From NCBI GenBank assembly GCA_963778655.1, contig CAVZVA010000009.1, positions 960,001 to 1,024,000 on the forward strand: 64,000 bases of DNA. Reading direction: 5' to 3'. The notes beneath the pieces are model-generated. The model was not told where the DNA came from and made no database searches. It saw only the letters and a program-made list of their open reading frames with translations. Positions 19,642-29,017 of the stretch are shown here, in pieces. The position numbers and the translations under genes are program-made. Source of the stretch: an uncultured delta proteobacterium. Lineage in GTDB: Bacteria > Myxococcota_A > Polyangia > Polyangiales > JAFGIB01. Each line of letters opens with the position of its first letter. Positions within the stretch are counted from its first letter, which is position 1.

Positions 19642-20100
19642 CTTGGCACGGCCGAGCGCGAGCACGCGACGGAAGTGCGCGGGCTCCACGGGCTGCACCG
19701 ACAGCCGCATACCGCGGCGGGCCACGAGCATGCCGTCCAGCTCGGCGTCGGACCTGAGCTGCGTAAGCGGCACGAACACGGGCAGCTTCTCCACCGGCTC
19801 GAGATCGACCATCGACCAGCGAGGATCATCGGGATCGGACGCGCGGTCGTAGTGGTCGCTGCGCGGATCGAACTGTGTGGGATCGGCATAGGCCTCGCGG
19901 CACACGCGCGCCACGCCCGCCACGCCGGGCGGCTGCGTGCTCGAGTGGTAGAACAGCACCAGATCGCCGGCCCGCATCGCGCGCATGTGATTGCGCGCCT
20001 GGTAGTTGCGCACGCCGTCCCAGCTCCCGCGGCCATCGCGCACCAGATCGTCGATCGAGTAGACGTCCGGCTCGGTCTTCATCAGCCAGTAGCGGCGCAT
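19603..20100 (-). CDS. EVE domain protein
   Basis: YWLMKTEP, WDGVRNYQARN, FYHS, RLSVQPV. Confidence 0.95.
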   Translation of the reverse strand: MRRYWLMKTEPDVYSIDDLVRDGRGSWDGVRNYQARNHMRAMRAGDLVLFYHSSTQPPGVAGVARVCREAYADPTQFDPRSDHYDRASDPDDPRWSMVDLEPVEKLPVFVPLTQLRSDAELDGMLVARRGMRLSVQPVEPAHFRRVLALGRAKRKKTGRREDRKG

Positions 20101-20107
20101 GAGCCCT

Positions 20108-21103
20108 TCACGCGAAGAAGCGCTCGGCGGCGTCGGACGAGAGCTCGATGCCGGTCACCTTGGCCTTCTGCACCAGCTCCCAGTAGTAGCGATAGGTCGC
20201 GCGGTCGTGCAGCTCGCCTGCGTGCTGGATCGGGCCCCAGTTGGCCTCCTGCGCCTGCAACAGGATCTCCACGGCTTCCTTCACCTCCTCGTAGCGCGGC
20301 TTCATCGCGTCCACGATCGGCTGGATTTGCGCGGGGTAGATCGACCACATGCGCAGAAAGCCGAACTCCTCGCGCGCGCGCTTGGCGTCGGCGTAGGTCT
20401 GATACTGGTTGCGCAGGTCGAGCGTCACGTTGTGGGCGGGCACCACGCCGCTGCACATCGCGGCCGAAACCGTGCGCGCCTTGGCGTAGGCGATCGCGCG
20501 GTGCTCGAACTGGCCCGGCGAGCGCATGTTCTCCGAGCCGACCGCGCCGTGAAAGCCGGACACGAAATCCATCAGGCCGAAGTCGAGCACCTGAACCCAG
20601 GGTAGGGCGGCGATCTTGTAGGCGTCGCGCAGCGCGCCGTGGGTCTCGATCAGCACGTGGATCGGGATCTCGCGCGTGAGGCCTGCGCGCTTGGCGGCCG
20701 CCTGAATGTATGCGATCTGCTCGGCTGCCTGCTCGACCGCCGTGGGCTTGGGTAGCGTGATGTATGCGAGCGCCGCACCGGCGCCCGGCACCAAGATGTC
20801 CACATCCTGCTTCCACAGCGCGTGGGTGTAGTCGTGGATCCGCACGCCCGCCTTTTTGAACGCGTTGGCCTTGCCCTTGGCCACGTCGACCACCATCTCG
20901 GCGTGCTGCTTCTCCTGCCCCTGCTTGGCGCCATCCTCGCAGTCCATCGTGATGTCGAAGATGCCGTTCAGCTTCTGCTGCAGCTCCATCGCCTTGACGA
21001 TCAGCTTCTCGCTACCGGCGAAATGTTCGCAGGTGTTGACGATCGGAAAGGGCTTTTCGCCCGCAAACAGGGCGTCGTTGGGATGAATCAGGGTCTGGCT
21101 CAT
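20108..21103 (-). CDS. HpcH/HpaI aldolase / citrate lyase beta-like (CitE family) protein
   Basis: DCEDGA, LIETHGAL, DFGLMDF, WSIYPAQI. Confidence 0.9.
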   Translation of the reverse strand: MSQTLIHPNDALFAGEKPFPIVNTCEHFAGSEKLIVKAMELQQKLNGIFDITMDCEDGAKQGQEKQHAEMVVDVAKGKANAFKKAGVRIHDYTHALWKQDVDILVPGAGAALAYITLPKPTAVEQAAEQIAYIQAAAKRAGLTREIPIHVLIETHGALRDAYKIAALPWVQVLDFGLMDFVSGFHGAVGSENMRSPGQFEHRAIAYAKARTVSAAMCSGVVPAHNVTLDLRNQYQTYADAKRAREEFGFLRMWSIYPAQIQPIVDAMKPRYEEVKEAVEILLQAQEANWGPIQHAGELHDRATYRYYWELVQKAKVTGIELSSDAAERFFA

Positions 21104-21229
21104 GGCGGCATCCTCGGGCGGCTCTCGCCCGCGAGGGTGCGGCGGCCGCTTGCGCGTGCCTATAGCACGTTCCTCGGCCTGCGTGGCAAGACCGCCGCGG
21201 CGCGGTCCGCGGCTCGTGCCGTGTGGGCC

Positions 21230-22429
21230 TCAGCCCGCGCGCTCGATGCCGGCCGCCCGCAGGCCCGCGAAAGGGTGGCCGAGCCCATCGTCGAGGGCGC
21301 TTTGCGCGAGCACGCGCAGCGCCTGCGCCAGGGCCTCGGCTGGCAGTAGAGCGTGCGGCGCCGATTTCACCCGCAGCAGCCGCGCCGCGTGCGCGCGCGC
21401 TACCGGCGAGCGCGGTGCGAAGGCCAGCGCCACGCTCGCGCGCAGCAGCCGCTCGCGCGGCTGCGCCGCCCAGGCCGGGGCTCCCGACCAGCGCGACAGC
21501 GCGCCGGCCAGACGCCCGTGCCGGCCCGTGCCCGGCTCGGCATACAGCGGCTCGCGGTGGAGCACGTAGCGAAGCAGCTTGCGCGCGCTGCCCACGCGCC
21601 ACGCTTCCTGCTCGAGGTAGCGGTCCGCGAGCGCTCTCCGCGTGTCCTCGACCCACGCGGACAGCGAAGCTCCGTGCGGCTGCCAGCGATCGGGACGGCT
21701 GCTCCATGCGATCGCCTCGCTGTAGGCGGCGCGCAAGGTCGCGCTGGCCCGCGCCGCGTCGAGCGCCGCGGCGCGCGCCGCCAAGGTCTCGGCGTACAGG
21801 CCACGCTGCAGCAGCAACGCGTCTCCGCATGCCAGCACCGCGCGTTGCAGCGGCGCCACGGCCGCCGCCGCGTCATCGGGTGCTTCGAGCCCGCACAACG
21901 CCAGCGGCGCGAGCGCCTCGCACAGCGCGAACAGCGGCTCGTCCCAGCGCAACTGCGGGCTGGGCCGGCTGGGGATCGCGGACAGCAGCGTGGGATTGCC
22001 GGCTAGCGTGAGCGCCTGGCCCCGAGCCGCGTGGAACCACGGACGCGTGTTGGGCACACCGCGCAGCTCGTCCAAAGCGATTGCCCGGATCACCACCCGA
22101 GCGTGCAGCAGGCGCGCCCAGGTCGCCGCCATCATCGTCAGCGGGCGTTGCTGGCGCTGCGGCGCGTGCCGCACCAGCGCCAGCACCTCGTAGCCCGGAT
22201 CCGCGGCGCAGGGCTCGCCGCCGCGCAGGCGAATCCCGCCTTCGGCGCGCGCGAACGGTCCCAGCAGCACCAGTGCGCGCAGCACGTCGCCGACCTCGGA
22301 ATCGATGCCCGTGCCCAAGCGCGAGAGATCCTGCGCGACGCGCGCCTCCGCGGCGGGCTCACCGCACAACGTGTGGCGGACACTCGGGCCCGAGGCAGCG
22401 CTTTTGGGCTCAGCGTTGCGCTGGCGCAT
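21230..22429 (-). CDS. Hypothetical protein, possible degenerate nucleotidyltransferase-like fold
   Basis: LVLLGPFARAEG resembles the hG[GS]xxRGEG motif; expected acidic residues not evident. Confidence 0.5.
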   Translation of the reverse strand: MRQRNAEPKSAASGPSVRHTLCGEPAAEARVAQDLSRLGTGIDSEVGDVLRALVLLGPFARAEGGIRLRGGEPCAADPGYEVLALVRHAPQRQQRPLTMMAATWARLLHARVVIRAIALDELRGVPNTRPWFHAARGQALTLAGNPTLLSAIPSRPSPQLRWDEPLFALCEALAPLALCGLEAPDDAAAAVAPLQRAVLACGDALLLQRGLYAETLAARAAALDAARASATLRAAYSEAIAWSSRPDRWQPHGASLSAWVEDTRRALADRYLEQEAWRVGSARKLLRYVLHREPLYAEPGTGRHGRLAGALSRWSGAPAWAAQPRERLLRASVALAFAPRSPVARAHAARLLRVKSAPHALLPAEALAQALRVLAQSALDDGLGHPFAGLRAAGIERAG

Positions 22430-23809
22430 GCGTCCGGGTGCTGAGGTAGAGCTTGTCGAAGCTGACGTTCACCCCGAGGCCGTACAGCGTGTCGAACGGG
22501 TTCAGCGGAGCCCGTTCATGCCCATCGGGCCCGAGCTCCGAGAAGGCGTCGATCATGCGCGCCGAGACCGTCATCCACGGGGTGATCTTGTAGCCGAGCG
22601 AGAGCACCAGCCAGCGCACGTTGCGCCAGTGCGTGGCGCTGGTGTCGCCGACCGTTACCGGACCGGTGTCGATCATCAGCGACTCGGTCGAGAGGCGATA
22701 CGCGAGGTACCACCAGAACGTGAGCGACGCGCTCGCCGACCATTTCTTGCCGAAGTCGAGCCCCGCGCTGAGGTCGAGCACGATCCAGTCGCGCTTGGAG
22801 CTGAGCTCACCGGGCGAGGCGCACTCGTGCAGCGCGCTGCCGACCTGGTCACACGGGATGTGGGCCACCAGCAGCGGTACGTTCGAGACATTCAGGCGAC
22901 GCACGTAGCTGAGGTTGACGCCCGCGCTCAGCTTGTCGAGCACCCGCTTGTCGCTGTAGATGCCGCCGATCGCTGCGCGCGGACCGAAGATCATGGTGGC
23001 GGCACGGCTGTCCTTGGAGGTCGGCAGCACGGCGCCCAGAGTGCCGGTGAACAGCAACCCGCGCTTGGAGTCGATTTCGTAGTCGAAGCTGTGATTGAGG
23101 TCGACGGTGGTGTCGAAGAACCACAGCTCCTGGTTCGTCGTGGTGGTGTCCGAATCGGTCAGCTCGATGGTCGCGGGCAGGGTGACCGACAGCGCGGTGC
23201 TCTTGCTCAGCTTGTAGCCGAGCAACAGCGTGAGGTACCAGGCGTAGGTGGGATTGAAGGTCCGCTGGTTTCCGCGGCCGAAGCCGGCGGCGGTATAGGC
23301 GTGTAACCACGACAACGATGCGCTCCACGGCACCTCGGGCTCCGCCGCTTCCTCCCCCCGGCCGGCGGCGGCTCGGACGAGGCCTCGCGTATCGCTCCAG
23401 TCGTGGTCGTGGTGGCGGTCGCAGGTGTGGTCGCGCCTCCGCCGCTGGCAATCGTCGCGCCCGCACCCGCCGGCTCGGCCGTGCCGGCGGTCGTAGCCTT
23501 GGTGGTGGCCGTGGCCGCAGTCGTGGCCGCCGCCGTGGAGGGCGCTTGCCCCGCCGCAGCGCCCGCGCTGCCACCGGCGCTCGCGGCTTGGGTCTGCTGC
23601 TTGGCGTCGCCAGCCTGTGCGCCGTCGGGCTGGGCCGCGTCGGGTTGCGCCTGCGCGGGCTGAGCACCCTCGGCTTGCGCGGCTTGCGCTTGCCCGGCTT
23701 GGACCGGCTGGCCGGCCTGCGCGCCGGGGGCGGGCGCGTCCTGCGCCCGAGCCACGCCGCTGAGCAGCGCCGCACACGCGATCAGCCATGCCGCCTTCCG
23801 AACGCCCAT
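22410..23809 (-). CDS. Secreted/outer-membrane protein, frameshifted in a G-run near 23355
   Basis: Signal peptide MGVRKAAWLIACAALLSGVARA and Ala/Gln/Thr linker in one frame; beta-strand-rich domain from EEAAEPEVPWSAS in another. Confidence 0.65.
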
Positions 23810-23891
23810 CGTCACCACATCCCGTCCGGCCTCTCCGCCGGGAGCCGCCGCAGTATGACAGATGTCGGAGGCGCGGGACATCACGGCCGTC

Positions 23892-24404
23892 TCACTCCAC
23901 GAACGGGGTCGAAAGCCCGCCGCTCTTGCGCAGGGCCTCGAACAACACGATCGCCACCGTGTTCGAGAGATTGAGGCTGCGCACACCTCCGCTGGTGGGA
24001 ATGCCCCAGACGCGTCCGCTGTGATTTTCCAGCATCGCTCGGGGCAAGCCCACCGACTCCTTGCCGAAGACCAGCGCGTCGCCGGGCCGCAGGTCGGCAT
24101 CCAGGTAGCTGCGCGTCGCGCTCGAGCTGAACAGGTGCAGGCGGGTCGCGGCGTAGGCCTGCCTGAAGTGCTCGAAGCTCGGGTGCAGGTGCACGCGCAC
24201 CAGGTGCCAGTAGTCGATGCCCGCGCGCCGCAGCGCGTGGTCGTCGACTTTGAACCCGAGCGGCTCGATCAAGTGCAGCGGGCTCGAGGTCGCCGCGCAG
24301 GCGCGCGCGATCGCCCCGGTATTGGGCGGGATCTCCGGCTCGACCAGCACGATGCGAAAGGGCTCGTGCAGCGGTTGGCAGCGCAGCTTCGGGGTGTTGG
24401 GCAC
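23892..24404 (-). CDS. trmL: tRNA (cytidine/uridine34-2'-O)-methyltransferase (SPOUT)
   Basis: VLVEPEIPPNTG, RRAGIDYW, FGKESVGLP, VRSLNLS; start inferred. Confidence 0.93.
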   Translation of the reverse strand: MPNTPKLRCQPLHEPFRIVLVEPEIPPNTGAIARACAATSSPLHLIEPLGFKVDDHALRRAGIDYWHLVRVHLHPSFEHFRQAYAATRLHLFSSSATRSYLDADLRPGDALVFGKESVGLPRAMLENHSGRVWGIPTSGGVRSLNLSNTVAIVLFEALRKSGGLSTPFVE

Positions 24405-24567
24405 GTGTGCGGATCGCCGGCGCGCTCCGGGCGCGCGAGCAACTGAGCGCGCCAGCGTCGGATGCGAGCCAGAGCGCGCACAGCGTTTATACACCACGCG
24501 CCCGCCGCGCGCGCGACCGGCTCGTCGGGACGTTGCAGGACGGCACCCGTCGATTTAGCCTCCGCCG

Positions 24568-25617
24568 GTGGCACGCCCGGCGCTTCCGGCTCTGATCTGC
24601 GCGGCGGGGGCGCTGTTACTGCTGTGCCCTGCCGGAGCGCGGGCCAACAGTCTGGACCTCGCGCTATCGCGCGCCCGACTCGACCCCCAGGACTGCCCGA
24701 TGAGCGCGGTGGGGTACTGTCCAGATCAGGAGATGTTCATCCGGCTGGTCTCGGAGCTGGCAGTGGCTATGGCGCCGCCGGCGGACTCGCCTGCGCGCAC
24801 GATCGGTCCGCGCGCGCTGCAGCTCAACCTCGACATCACCCTGACCAGCATCGAGGCGCAGCAGTCCTACTGGGCCCTGGGCACCGAGGGCGACGGGGGG
24901 CGCGGCTCGGAGGACGTGAACACCAACGTGCCTTCGTTCCTGGTGTGGAATCGGCTCGCGGTCCGCAAGGGTCTGCCCTTCGGCTTCGAGGTCGGCGCCA
25001 CCCTGGGACAGGGTGTGAGTACCTCGCTCTGGTCGCTGGGCCTGGCGCTCAAGTGGGCCCTGTTCGAGGGTTTCCGCACCGGCCTCGGGCGCTTGCCCGA
25101 CGTTTCGGTGCAGGCGGCGCTGAGCCGCAGCGTGGGCTCGAGCCAGGCCTCGGTGCGGCTCTACGCGATCGACTTCACGCTGTCCAAGCCGTTCGTGGTG
25201 GCCCAGACATGGTCGCTGTCGCCGTTCGCCGGGGTGCAGGCGCTCTTCAGCCACGTCGACAGCGGCGTGATCGACATCACGCCCGGAAGCGGACCGGCGA
25301 CGCCCCCGGACCCGTCCGGCGACGCCTACGCGGCGTGCAATCCCAAGCCGGGACACCGCAGCTCCGGCACGCCGACCTGTGCCGCGGACGGCTCCGCCGC
25401 CGACTTCGCCTACAACGTCGTGTTCGACCCGGTCAGCCAGACTCGCGTCCGCGCCTTCCTCGGCGCCCAGGCGCGTTACCAGATGCTGATCGTGTCGCTT
25501 TCCACGATCTTCGATCTGGCGGCGCCCGCGCTCGGGGTGACGCCGGTGCGCTTGCCCTCGTCGTCGCGGGTCGCGCGCCAGGCGGCGCTCAACTTCGCGG
25601 TCGGCGTGGTGTTGTAG
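24568..25617 (+). CDS. Hypothetical secreted/outer-membrane protein
   Basis: Signal peptide ending ARA; RKGLPFGFE; amphipathic beta strands. Confidence 0.7.
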   Translation: MARPALPALICAAGALLLLCPAGARANSLDLALSRARLDPQDCPMSAVGYCPDQEMFIRLVSELAVAMAPPADSPARTIGPRALQLNLDITLTSIEAQQSYWALGTEGDGGRGSEDVNTNVPSFLVWNRLAVRKGLPFGFEVGATLGQGVSTSLWSLGLALKWALFEGFRTGLGRLPDVSVQAALSRSVGSSQASVRLYAIDFTLSKPFVVAQTWSLSPFAGVQALFSHVDSGVIDITPGSGPATPPDPSGDAYAACNPKPGHRSSGTPTCAADGSAADFAYNVVFDPVSQTRVRAFLGAQARYQMLIVSLSTIFDLAAPALGVTPVRLPSSSRVARQAALNFAVGVVL

Positions 25618-26684
25618 TGCGTCGCAGGGCGCTGGCGTTCGGCCTGCTCGCGATCGCGCTGCTCGCGCTGCTGGTTGGGACGCTGTGGCTGGACCCGCTG
25701 GGGTGGCGCGGCGGCGCCGAGCTTTCGCGCGCGCTCACCGAGCGCGGGCGCGTGGCCGTGCTCGGACCGCGCGCGTGGCTCGAGCTGCGGCCCGAAGGCG
25801 CGCGTCCGTTCGCGGCCGACTCCGTGCCGCAGCTCGCTGCGGCGCTCGCAGGGCATGAGCCCGCACGGTTGCTCGCCGCGCTCGAGCACGCCGGTGCCGA
25901 GGCGCTGCTGGTTGACCCGCTTTCGCCCGCCTCCGACCACGCCGCGCTCGTGGCGCGGCTTGCGCGCTACGAGCACGTCGACGGGTTGCGCGGCCTGGTG
26001 CTCGCGCCGGGCTTTGCGCTGTATGCGCCCGACCCGGTGCAGCAGCTCTCGGCGGCCGAGCGCAATGCGCTCGCTGTGGTGGCGCGCGCGCTGCTTGGCG
26101 GCGCGCGGCGGCCGCGGACCAGCTCCTTTCCCGAGCCGTTGCGCCGGCTGCGTCCGGTCGAGGTGATGGTGTTGTTGCGCGAGGGCACGCGGCCGCGGCT
26201 GTGGCGCTCGGCACGCGGCAGCTCGCTGGCCACCGCGCTGATGACCGCGGCGGTGGTGGCGCGCGAGCGCTGGCAGGAGCGCGCGCAGGCGATGGGCGCG
26301 GCGCTCGATGCGGAGCTGCCGCACCTCGACCTCGACGTGTCGTTGCTGGAGGACGACGGCACGATCGCCGATCGCGAGCCGGCGTTCATCGATCGTGTGT
26401 TCTTCCCGATGCACGGCGTGGGCTACGAGCGCAAGGGGGCGTGGCACTACTCGCTGCCCGAGGCGACCCAGCAGGACGGCAAGGGGCGCGCGAGCCGCGC
26501 CTACCGCAAGCTGTTCGCCGACGGGGGCCTGCCCGAGGACAGCTTCGGACGCCACGACCTGCGCCTGTACCGACTGGTGGTGCAGAAGCTGGCCAGCTCG
26601 CCCGCGCCGCCGCCGATCGAGGACGCGCTCTCGGCGCCCAAGTCGCCCGACGAGCTGCTCGGCACGCGCTCCGGCCTCAAGTGA
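25617..26684 (+). CDS. Hypothetical membrane-anchored protein
   Basis: GTG start overlapping the upstream TAG; N-terminal TM helix; coding-like codon usage. Confidence 0.65.
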   Translation: MRRRALAFGLLAIALLALLVGTLWLDPLGWRGGAELSRALTERGRVAVLGPRAWLELRPEGARPFAADSVPQLAAALAGHEPARLLAALEHAGAEALLVDPLSPASDHAALVARLARYEHVDGLRGLVLAPGFALYAPDPVQQLSAAERNALAVVARALLGGARRPRTSSFPEPLRRLRPVEVMVLLREGTRPRLWRSARGSSLATALMTAAVVARERWQERAQAMGAALDAELPHLDLDVSLLEDDGTIADREPAFIDRVFFPMHGVGYERKGAWHYSLPEATQQDGKGRASRAYRKLFADGGLPEDSFGRHDLRLYRLVVQKLASSPAPPPIEDALSAPKSPDELLGTRSGLK

Positions 26685-26705
26685 GGTGCGAGCGGATCGA
26701 GAGGA

Positions 26706-26748
26706 CTCACAGCAGCCCGGCGTTGGTCTTCCCGTCTTGCTGTTGACT
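26706..26748. repeat. Truncated REP-like palindrome, GAAG(A/G)CGG family, copy C
   Basis: CTCACAGCAG ... CTTCCCGTCTTGCTGTTGAC between convergent genes. Confidence 0.5.
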
Positions 26749-26770
26749 CCCGGAGGCTGTGCTCAGCCGT

Positions 26771-28273
26771 TCACGCAGCCAGCTTGCCGCCGGCGTCCTC
26801 GTTGGCCAGCTGTTCGGCCGCTCTCCACACCACGGCCATGATCGAGTGCTGCGGGTTGACCCCGAGGTTGGTGGGAAACACGCTCGCGTCCATCACGAAC
26901 AGGCGCGGCAGCGCGTAGCTCTGCAGGCGCGCATCGACCACGGCGCTGCGCGCGTCTTCGCCCGCGCAAGCGGTTCCGAAGTGGTGCGAGGCCAGCAGAT
27001 GGAAGTCGCGGCGCTGCAGCTGCGGATCGAGCAGCAGCTCGGCCTGCTCCGGCCGCGTGAGCACGGCGGGCAGGTGGCTGACGCCCGGATAGACCTCGTC
27101 TGCGCCCGCCGCGAACATCATCCGCACCAGCAGCGCCGCGCCCTGCCTCAGGCGCTCGAAATCCTCGCGCAGCGGCTCGTAGCGAACGGCCGCGCCGCCC
27201 CACAGGCCCGGGCGGACGCGTCCCAGCGCCTTCATCCGTACCACTGCCGCCCACTGCGCGAAGTAGTCGAGCTGGCGCAGGCGCCGTTGCCAATCCGCGC
27301 CCGCGCCCGGCAGGCGCGCCGCCAGCAGCTCCGGCGGCAGCGCCAGCGATTCGAGCTTCATGCGCTGGTCCGGAAGCGGCACCTCGTAGCCCTGGGTGGC
27401 CCCGAAGCCCATGCCCACGGCGTCGGCGAACCGCCCCACCACCGCCGCACCCGGGTGTGCTTGGTAGCGCTCGCCCACGCCGCCGCGCAGCCCGCTGTGC
27501 CACAGCAGCAGCGGCGTATGCAGCGCGCCTGCCGCGACGATCACGCCGCGCCGCCCGACCACGCGAAACCGCCCGCGCCGGCGCCGGCGCTCGTCGAGCA
27601 GGTAGCCCTCGACGGCGTGCGCGCGCCCTCCCTGCAGCGCGATGCGTGCGGCGCGCGCATGGGTGTACAGGCGCGCGCCGCGCTCGAGCGCACGCGGCAC
27701 GTACGAAACGTCCATGCTCTGGCGCGCACCTTCGGGACAGCCCTGCAGGCAGCGCGCGCGCCCGGCGCAGCGGCTGGCATTGCGCCGCATCGGCTGGCCC
27801 GGCAGGCCGAGCGCCTCGCTCGCACGCTGCATCAGGCCTGCATTGCCGCCGCGCACGCCGGCGTCTACCTCGGCGACCTCGAGCTCGCGCTCGAGCTGCT
27901 CGAAGATACGCCGTTGCGCGTGCTCATCGACCAGCTGCCCGAGGCCAAAATCCTCGCTCCATTGCCGCCGCACGGCCTCGGGCATGCGCCAGATGATGCC
28001 CGAGTTGATCGCGGTGCTGCCGCCCACGCAGCGGCCCTGCAGCAGCGGAATCGGCGCCGCGCCGCTAGTGGCGAAGGTGCCCATGTCACGCATCGACTGC
28101 GTCATCGCGTCCAGCAGGCCACGCTTGCGCTCGCCGGGCGCCAAGCGCGGGCCTTCCTCGAGCATGATCACGCTCAGCCCGGCTTCGCTCAGCACACGCG
28201 CGGCGGTGGCGCCGCCCGCACCGGTGCCGACGATCACGAAGTCGGCGGCGTCCTCGAGCGCGTAGCGGGCCAT
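26771..28273 (-). CDS. GMC family oxidoreductase
   Basis: VIVGTGAGG, GRCVGGSTAINSG, AAGALHTP, HHFGT, DASVFPT.LGVNP. Confidence 0.92.
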   Translation of the reverse strand: MARYALEDAADFVIVGTGAGGATAARVLSEAGLSVIMLEEGPRLAPGERKRGLLDAMTQSMRDMGTFATSGAAPIPLLQGRCVGGSTAINSGIIWRMPEAVRRQWSEDFGLGQLVDEHAQRRIFEQLERELEVAEVDAGVRGGNAGLMQRASEALGLPGQPMRRNASRCAGRARCLQGCPEGARQSMDVSYVPRALERGARLYTHARAARIALQGGRAHAVEGYLLDERRRRRGRFRVVGRRGVIVAAGALHTPLLLWHSGLRGGVGERYQAHPGAAVVGRFADAVGMGFGATQGYEVPLPDQRMKLESLALPPELLAARLPGAGADWQRRLRQLDYFAQWAAVVRMKALGRVRPGLWGGAAVRYEPLREDFERLRQGAALLVRMMFAAGADEVYPGVSHLPAVLTRPEQAELLLDPQLQRRDFHLLASHHFGTACAGEDARSAVVDARLQSYALPRLFVMDASVFPTNLGVNPQHSIMAVVWRAAEQLANEDAGGKLAA

Positions 28274-28785
28274 CAGCCGGCCTCGCGTTCGGGCGGCACC
28301 GAAGGCGGCTTGTCCGGCAGCGGCCAGGCCGCAAGCGGCTCGGGGGCTTCGGAAGCCAACAGCGGCAGCCGCACGCGCATGCCGCTCTCGCTCTCGTCGG
28401 TGGCCTGCACGTGGTCGTAGCCGGAGCGCGCGCGCACCGACGGCGTGCCGAGCAGCGCCATCGCCGCGCCCAACTTCAGCAGCAGCGAGAGCTCGCGCAC
28501 CGCGAACCAGCGGTGGACCAGCAGCTGCCCGAGCAGCTCGCTGCGACGCTCCACCGCGAGCTTGGTGACGGTGCAGAGTCGGCCCCACAGCCAGCACGGC
28601 GCGAGCGCCGCCATCCACAACGCCATGCGCAGCCCGAGCGCGGCCATCGGCGTGGCCTCTCGCATCATGCGTCCGAGCACGCCGACGTAGTCGACTTCGT
28701 CAGCGATCGGCGCGAGCCCCGAGCCCTCCGGCGGCGCAAACGCCGCCAGCAGCGCGCGAGCCCAGCGGCGCTCGAACCCCATCAT
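28273..28785 (-). CDS. Small GMC-associated partner protein (gluconate dehydrogenase subunit 3-like)
   Basis: Translationally coupled upstream of the GMC gene; ...LLK...VRARSGY motif. Confidence 0.6.
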   Translation of the reverse strand: MMGFERRWARALLAAFAPPEGSGLAPIADEVDYVGVLGRMMREATPMAALGLRMALWMAALAPCWLWGRLCTVTKLAVERRSELLGQLLVHRWFAVRELSLLLKLGAAMALLGTPSVRARSGYDHVQATDESESGMRVRLPLLASEAPEPLAAWPLPDKPPSVPPEREAG

Positions 28786-29017
28786 GGGCTCACCCCCCAG
28801 GTGCGGGCTCGCGCTCCGAAACCGCGGCCCCGGCCGCCCGTTCCCAAGCCCGACTTCGCCTGGTGTGCCACCACACTCCACCATAGCAAATTCGGCCGGC
28901 CGGTCAATATAAAATTATGATATTAGTGTGATTTGCGGGCTGAAATTTCGTGCTCGCGTGCCGTCGCGACCCGACGCCGAGCACGGCCAGCGCGCGGCAC
29001 ACACGCGCTCGCCGCCG

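Noticed and set aside
28890..28950. Very AT-rich patch upstream of the GMC operon
   Set aside because: Probably a promoter, but no specific element or repeat could be assigned.
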